A stretch of DNA of 50,762 nt from Euryarchaeota archaeon UBA58. Lineage in GTDB: Archaea > Thermoplasmatota > Poseidoniia > Poseidoniales > Thalassarchaeaceae. The DNA lies in assembly GCA_002498525.1 (NCBI GenBank), contig DAHR01000005.1:108478-159239 (forward strand). Direction: 5' to 3'. The number at the start of each line of letters is the position of its first letter. Within the stretch, counting starts at the first letter, position 1. A program made the position numbers and the translations under genes. The notes below the pieces were generated by a model. The model was given only the letters and a program-made list of their open reading frames with translations, ran no database searches and was not told the origin of the DNA. Of this stretch, positions 46,036-50,762 are shown in pieces.

Positions 46036-46833
46036 TCAGACCCGGTCCAGAAGAGCTTGGAACGACACACTCGCGTATTCCGTAGCAGCAGCAACAACAT
46101 CGTCGGCAGCATGGATGCCCGAGCCGACGATGATCGCATCCGACCCCGCGAGCACCGCATCGCGTGGATGCCCGTAGCGCTGCCCCATCGCTCCAGCACC
46201 TACGTCGAGATTCACCCCCGGCGTCCAGATCATCTGTCCACTTCCAACTTCGGCTCGCAGTGCACCGATTCGATCTGCGGAACTGCCATTGCCGATGTAT
46301 CCTATCACATGCGGAGAACCCCGGCCAGTGGCGAGGGTTTGAGTCGTGTATTCGGAACCCAGCATATTACCCCGGCTCGACATCTGTGCCAGCAATAGAA
46401 CGCCGCCGACCCTCTCGACATCAGCCCAAGCGGCGGCGATGCCATCAATCACATCGGGCCCGGATACTCGATGAGCAGTGACGATGTCGGCCCAAGAGCG
46501 AATATCATGAGCACCAGCCATCTGTTGCTGTGAGACCTTGCCGATGTCGGCGAACTTCCTGTCTTCGAAGAGCAGCAGATCGTGCTGCTGTGCCGACTCT
46601 ACCAGACGCTGCCAATTCTCCCGTGAGAAGTCGTCGACCATGTCGGCGTGAGTCTTCAGTGCAGCGATGTGGGGGCCAGCGAGATTCACCAAGTCAACCA
46701 ATTCGTCAACAGTTCTCATGTCAGCGGCTAGGCACACCAGTGAGCCCTTACGAGCAGCCGTCTGCATGAAGCGGTGGGCGAGAGGGTTGGCACAATCAGT
46801 CCAGCGCGCACCCCATGCGTCCTGCGGTTGCAT
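46036..46833 (-). CDS. pyrF: Orotidine-5'-phosphate decarboxylase
   Basis: CLAAD, LKTHAD, FEDRKFADIG, TPGV, GQRY, DAIIVG; start 46833 or 46839. Confidence 0.93.
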   Translation of the reverse strand: MQPQDAWGARWTDCANPLAHRFMQTAARKGSLVCLAADMRTVDELVDLVNLAGPHIAALKTHADMVDDFSRENWQRLVESAQQHDLLLFEDRKFADIGKVSQQQMAGAHDIRSWADIVTAHRVSGPDVIDGIAAAWADVERVGGVLLLAQMSSRGNMLGSEYTTQTLATGRGSPHVIGYIGNGSSADRIGALRAEVGSGQMIWTPGVNLDVGAGAMGQRYGHPRDAVLAGSDAIIVGSGIHAADDVVAAATEYASVSFQALLDRV

Positions 46834-46872
46834 CGACACAATCCGCCGCTGAAGGTATCTCAAGCCTTTCCC

Positions 46873-46890
46873 CCTGAATCATGATTCAGG
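46873..46890. promoter_or_regulatory. Perfect 18-bp palindrome between divergent pyrF and purL (putative operator)
   Basis: CCTGAATCA|TGATTCAGG. Confidence 0.4.
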
Positions 46891-46955
46891 CCTATGGCCT
46901 GCACCGGTTGGTTCATTGACGGCACGCCACGGTTAAGCACCACCGAGGTTCACTC

Positions 46956-49900
46956 ATGGGTATGTCGACTCCGGTTCATTCATTCGAGGTTACTACCCGA
47001 GACCTCGAGGGACTTCCAGATGCGCGCGGCGACTCGGTCAAATTGATGTTTGAATCGAATTATGGAGTTGACGTTGGCGCGGTTCGAGTGATCTTAGGCT
47101 ACCAGATTCGTGCCACGCTGACCTCCGAAGAAGCGGAACGAGTGGTATACGATTTATTCGCCGACCCGGTGATTGAGCGGGGCAGCGTCGACAGCCCCCT
47201 GCTGGATGACAAATCAGTCTTCCCGGATTCTCCTCAGATAGTCATCGCGACCGGATTCAAGCCCGGCGTCACCGACAATGCAGCGCAAGCCGGACTCGAC
47301 GGACTACTGACGATATTCCCGCACCTGGCAGGACGAGCGGAGATGGTGACCAGCCGAACATATCTATTCTGGGGGGTGCCGGAAGGAACCACTACTGAAT
47401 GGTTGGCGAGCAAGTTGCACAATCCGATGATAGAGCGAGCGAAAATCGCACAAAGAGCTGACTGCCAAGCTGGAAACTGGCCAACATTGGACTTTCCCGA
47501 CCGCCAACCATTGAGTCATCAAGAGCCGTCGGTCGTCGATCTCGAAGTATCCAACGAAGATCTGGTCGAGATCAGCGAGACCGGCCTTCTAGCACTGAAC
47601 CTCGACGAGATGCAAGCGATCCAGAGGCACTACCGAAGTGACGAAGTCAGGGCTGCGAGAGAGGTGAGGGGGCTGGTTCCAAACGCACCGACCGATGTCG
47701 AGCTCGAGTGTCTGGCACAGACTTGGTCAGAGCATTGCTCACACAAGATATTCGCTGCCAGAATCCATCATGTCGACACTGAGACCGGAGAAGATTCGAC
47801 TATTGATTCACTATTCAAGACGCACATCATGAAGCCTACGCTGGACATTCAATCAGAGGTCGATTGGCTGCTTTCGATCTTCCATGACAACTCCGGAGTC
47901 ATCGCTTGGAATGACGATTGGAGTCTTTGCATGAAGGCAGAAACCCATAATTCTCCGAGCGCACTGGACCCATTTGGCGGCGCCATAACGGGTATCGTTG
48001 GTGTCAATCGCGATATTCTGGGGACGGGCCTGGGCGCGCGTCCGATTGCGAATACCGATATCTTCTGTTTCGGCCCACCAGATTATTCCGGCAAGATTCC
48101 CGAAGGACTTTTCCACCCCTCACGTGTCTTCCGAGGCGTTCACGCGGGCGTCCGGGCCGGAGGAAACGAGTCTGGTATTCCTACTGTCAATGGGGCGATC
48201 ATCTTTGATGATCGATACTTGGGCAAACCGCTCGTCTATTGTGGGACGGTAGGTATGATGCCTCGTCGTTTGCCCGATGGAAGAGAGTCTCACATCAAGA
48301 CCCCGACACCTGGCGATATCGTCTACATGGTTGGCGGCAGAGTTGGTTCCGATGGAATTCACGGCGCCACATTCTCGAGCATCGTGCTGACGGAAGAGAG
48401 TCCATCTTCGGCGGTTCAGATAGGCGACCCGATCACTCAGAAGAAGATGGTCGACATGATTCTGGAGGCACGCGACAGCGGCCTCATCCAAGTCATCACC
48501 GACAATGGTGCTGGCGGCCTTTCGAGCAGCGTCGGCGAGATGGCAGAGTTGACCGGCGGGGCGGATCTGGATCTCTCGGTCGTGCCGCTGAAACAAGCTG
48601 GGCTCTCGGCCTGGGAGATTCTCGTCTCGGAGTCGCAAGAGCGCATGACGGTGGGTGTGAGACCGGCTGACTGCGAAGCGTTCGAGGCACTCGCGGCGCT
48701 GCACGAAGTCGAGGCGACGGCAGTCGGAACCTTCACCGATTCCGGCTCATTCATAGTCCGATTCGGTGAACAGACCGTAGCCGATTTGCCGATTTCATTC
48801 CTCTATGGCGGCTGCCCCCAACTGCAACTCGAATCCGAATGGACACCCCCCGTTCACGAGCCAATCATCTTCCCTCGATGCGATGCAGCCGGCATGGGTG
48901 AGATTCTGCACCGGTTGATGGCGCGCCCGAATATCGCCAGCAAGGAATGGTGGGTGCGCTCATACGATCACGAAGTCATCGCCCAATCTGTCATCAAGCC
49001 TTTCTGTGGCGTGAATCACGATGCTCCGGGCGATGCAGCGGTACTCGCGCCGATTCAAGGCCAGACCCAAGGCGCGGTGATTTCGAATGGTATAGTTCCG
49101 AGATATTCAGACATCGATGCATTTGCCATGGTAGCGGCCAGCGTTGACGAAGCACTGCGAAATGCTGTCTGCGTCGGCGTCGATCTCGACCTTATCGCTG
49201 GCCTCGACAATTTCTGTTGGCCCGACCCTGTGGAATCCGCAACAACCCCTGACGGCCGCTACAAACTCGCACAACTAGTGCGTGCCAACCGTGCCTTGGA
49301 TGAGGTATGTCGAGCCTACAATCTACCGTGCATCAGTGGCAAGGATTCGATGAAGAATGATGTTGTGATGTACGGTGAGAAGATCAGCGTTCCACCTACT
49401 ATGCTGTTCAGTTTGATCGGCAACCATGTCGATGTGCGAAAGGCGGTTTCAAGTGATTTCAAGAAGGCAGGTGACCTAATCTATCTTCTCGGTGAAACCC
49501 ACCAAGAATTAGGGGCGAGCGAGCTCGCCTTCATGCTCAGAGACGAGTCTGACGGAATGAGTGGAATAGGGGGCGACATACCGCAGATCGAAACAGGGCG
49601 CAACATGGCGATGTACCGCGCTTTGACTGCAGCGATGAGCCAAGGACTGGTAGCCAGCGCACACGATTGCAGTGACGGGGGGCTCGCCGCAGCACTGGCA
49701 GAGTGCTGCTTCGGCGCCGACTCTGGAGCAACCATCGATATCGCTGGACTTGAGAGTGACTGCAGCCATCTCGACGAGTGGGGCGCACTGTTTGGAGAGA
49801 GTCTCGGGCGTATTCTCGTCAGCATCGCAGCCAATCAGGAGGAAGCATTCCTCAAGGCGATGGCTGGCAATTCCTGCACCTTGTTAGGGGCGGTGGGGGA

Positions 49901-50009
49901 GGGCGATGACATCACTATCAATTATCGTGAAACCGAGGTGCTGCAAGCCTCAATGGATGCACTCAGAACTGCCTGGCAAGGTACACTCGATGGGGGTACG
50001 AACCAATGA
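46956..50009 (+). CDS. purL: Phosphoribosylformylglycinamidine synthase PurL with fused N-terminal PurS-like domains
   Basis: KPGVTDN, QTWSEHCSHK, KAETHNSPS, DNGAGG, SESQERM, YDHEV, ISGKDS, HDCSDGGL. Confidence 0.96.
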   Translation: MGMSTPVHSFEVTTRDLEGLPDARGDSVKLMFESNYGVDVGAVRVILGYQIRATLTSEEAERVVYDLFADPVIERGSVDSPLLDDKSVFPDSPQIVIATGFKPGVTDNAAQAGLDGLLTIFPHLAGRAEMVTSRTYLFWGVPEGTTTEWLASKLHNPMIERAKIAQRADCQAGNWPTLDFPDRQPLSHQEPSVVDLEVSNEDLVEISETGLLALNLDEMQAIQRHYRSDEVRAAREVRGLVPNAPTDVELECLAQTWSEHCSHKIFAARIHHVDTETGEDSTIDSLFKTHIMKPTLDIQSEVDWLLSIFHDNSGVIAWNDDWSLCMKAETHNSPSALDPFGGAITGIVGVNRDILGTGLGARPIANTDIFCFGPPDYSGKIPEGLFHPSRVFRGVHAGVRAGGNESGIPTVNGAIIFDDRYLGKPLVYCGTVGMMPRRLPDGRESHIKTPTPGDIVYMVGGRVGSDGIHGATFSSIVLTEESPSSAVQIGDPITQKKMVDMILEARDSGLIQVITDNGAGGLSSSVGEMAELTGGADLDLSVVPLKQAGLSAWEILVSESQERMTVGVRPADCEAFEALAALHEVEATAVGTFTDSGSFIVRFGEQTVADLPISFLYGGCPQLQLESEWTPPVHEPIIFPRCDAAGMGEILHRLMARPNIASKEWWVRSYDHEVIAQSVIKPFCGVNHDAPGDAAVLAPIQGQTQGAVISNGIVPRYSDIDAFAMVAASVDEALRNAVCVGVDLDLIAGLDNFCWPDPVESATTPDGRYKLAQLVRANRALDEVCRAYNLPCISGKDSMKNDVVMYGEKISVPPTMLFSLIGNHVDVRKAVSSDFKKAGDLIYLLGETHQELGASELAFMLRDESDGMSGIGGDIPQIETGRNMAMYRALTAAMSQGLVASAHDCSDGGLAAALAECCFGADSGATIDIAGLESDCSHLDEWGALFGESLGRILVSIAANQEEAFLKAMAGNSCTLLGAVGEGDDITINYRETEVLQASMDALRTAWQGTLDGGTNQ

Positions 50010-50762
50010 TTGATCAACCACGAGTGGCAGTCCTGTCCGGCTTCGGGATCAATTGTGAAACTGAGACCATAGCGGTCTTCGAGATGGCTGGTGCGATTGC
50101 CGAGCGAGTTCACGTCAACCGACTCGTCAATGGTGAATTGAGCCTCGAAGACTACCACATCATGGCCGTTCCTGGCGGATTCTCATTCGGAGATCACCTT
50201 GGCAGCGGACGATTGATGGGCAACCGCCTTCGCTTCGGATTGCGCGAGCAGGTTCGCGAATTCGTCAAAGCAGGCAAACCAGTGATAGGTATCTGCAACG
50301 GCTTCCAAGTCCTTGTCAAAATGGGCCTCCTCCCTGGTGATGAAGAGGTCAGCCTGACCCAGACAGCATCCTTGGCACTGAACGACAGTGGGCATTACGA
50401 AAATCGTTGGGCTACCCTGGAGTTCGACCCCAACAGCCCATGCATTTGGACCAAGGGTCTGATTCGCATCCGAGTGCCAGTTCGTCATGGTGAAGGAAAG
50501 TTCGTCACCGATAACCGAGCACTCCTCGATGAGTGGGCCGAATCCGGTCAATTGGCTGTGCGCTACGTCGACCCGAAGTCCACTTATCCTGCGAGCTCGG
50601 ACGAAGTACTTCCATACCCGATCTCGCCAAACCAGAGCTGGCGCAACATAGCCGGTGTTTGTGACCCATCGGGCCTCGTATTCGGCCTGATGCCACATCC
50701 GGAAGCCAACCATTCCACATGGCTAGGAGCGACGTGGACACGTGAACTAGCGAGTCCCGAAG
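50006..50762 (+). CDS. purQ: FGAM synthase glutaminase subunit PurQ (3'-truncated by the window)
   Basis: Not in the ORF track. Read by hand from the ATGA overlap: MIDQPRVAVLSGFGINCETET...PGGFSFGD...GICNGFQ...PVRHGEG...GLMPHPE. Confidence 0.93.
   Translation, partial: MIDQPRVAVLSGFGINCETETIAVFEMAGAIAERVHVNRLVNGELSLEDYHIMAVPGGFSFGDHLGSGRLMGNRLRFGLREQVREFVKAGKPVIGICNGFQVLVKMGLLPGDEEVSLTQTASLALNDSGHYENRWATLEFDPNSPCIWTKGLIRIRVPVRHGEGKFVTDNRALLDEWAESGQLAVRYVDPKSTYPASSDEVLPYPISPNQSWRNIAGVCDPSGLVFGLMPHPEANHSTWLGATWTRELASPE

Noticed and set aside
50183-50713. 176-aa - strand ORF
   Set aside because: Antisense shadow of purQ, which the ORF track missed because its stop codon is outside the window

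Overview
A gene-dense, mostly about 55-60% GC archaeal chromosome segment. The gene set (Rpo12, Dph5, GGGP synthase, L18Ae/LX, prefoldin alpha, bacterial-type UvrA, a PlsC-superfamily acyltransferase, Asp-box lipoproteins) fits Marine Group II Euryarchaeota (Poseidoniales); this assignment is an inference. It holds about 50 CDSs, two of them truncated at the window edges, plus tRNA-Arg(CCT) and tRNA-Asp(GTC). I saw no CRISPR array, rRNA, integrase or transposase. Four things stand out. (1) A sulfation cassette (two sulfotransferases, CysQ, and an APS kinase fused to a short NadM-like HxGH nucleotidyltransferase) sits between the normally neighbouring rplX and pfdA-ftsY genes; the fusion may be an undescribed minimal PAPS synthase. 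(2) A candidate replication origin at about 36.0-36.2 kb has two inverted ORB-like boxes around an AT-rich spacer, coincides with a flip in gene orientation and strand composition, and has no cdc6/orc1 nearby. (3) Downstream of tRNA-Asp there is an att-like scar followed by a two-gene operon of repeated CCCH zinc-finger modules. (4) Several divergent or pseudo-enzymes occur (SdhA-like, RFC-like, PIMT-TPR, GGR-like, pseudo-receiver), along with an Rpo12 carrying a doubled zinc ribbon. All calls come from motif recognition by eye; no searches were run.
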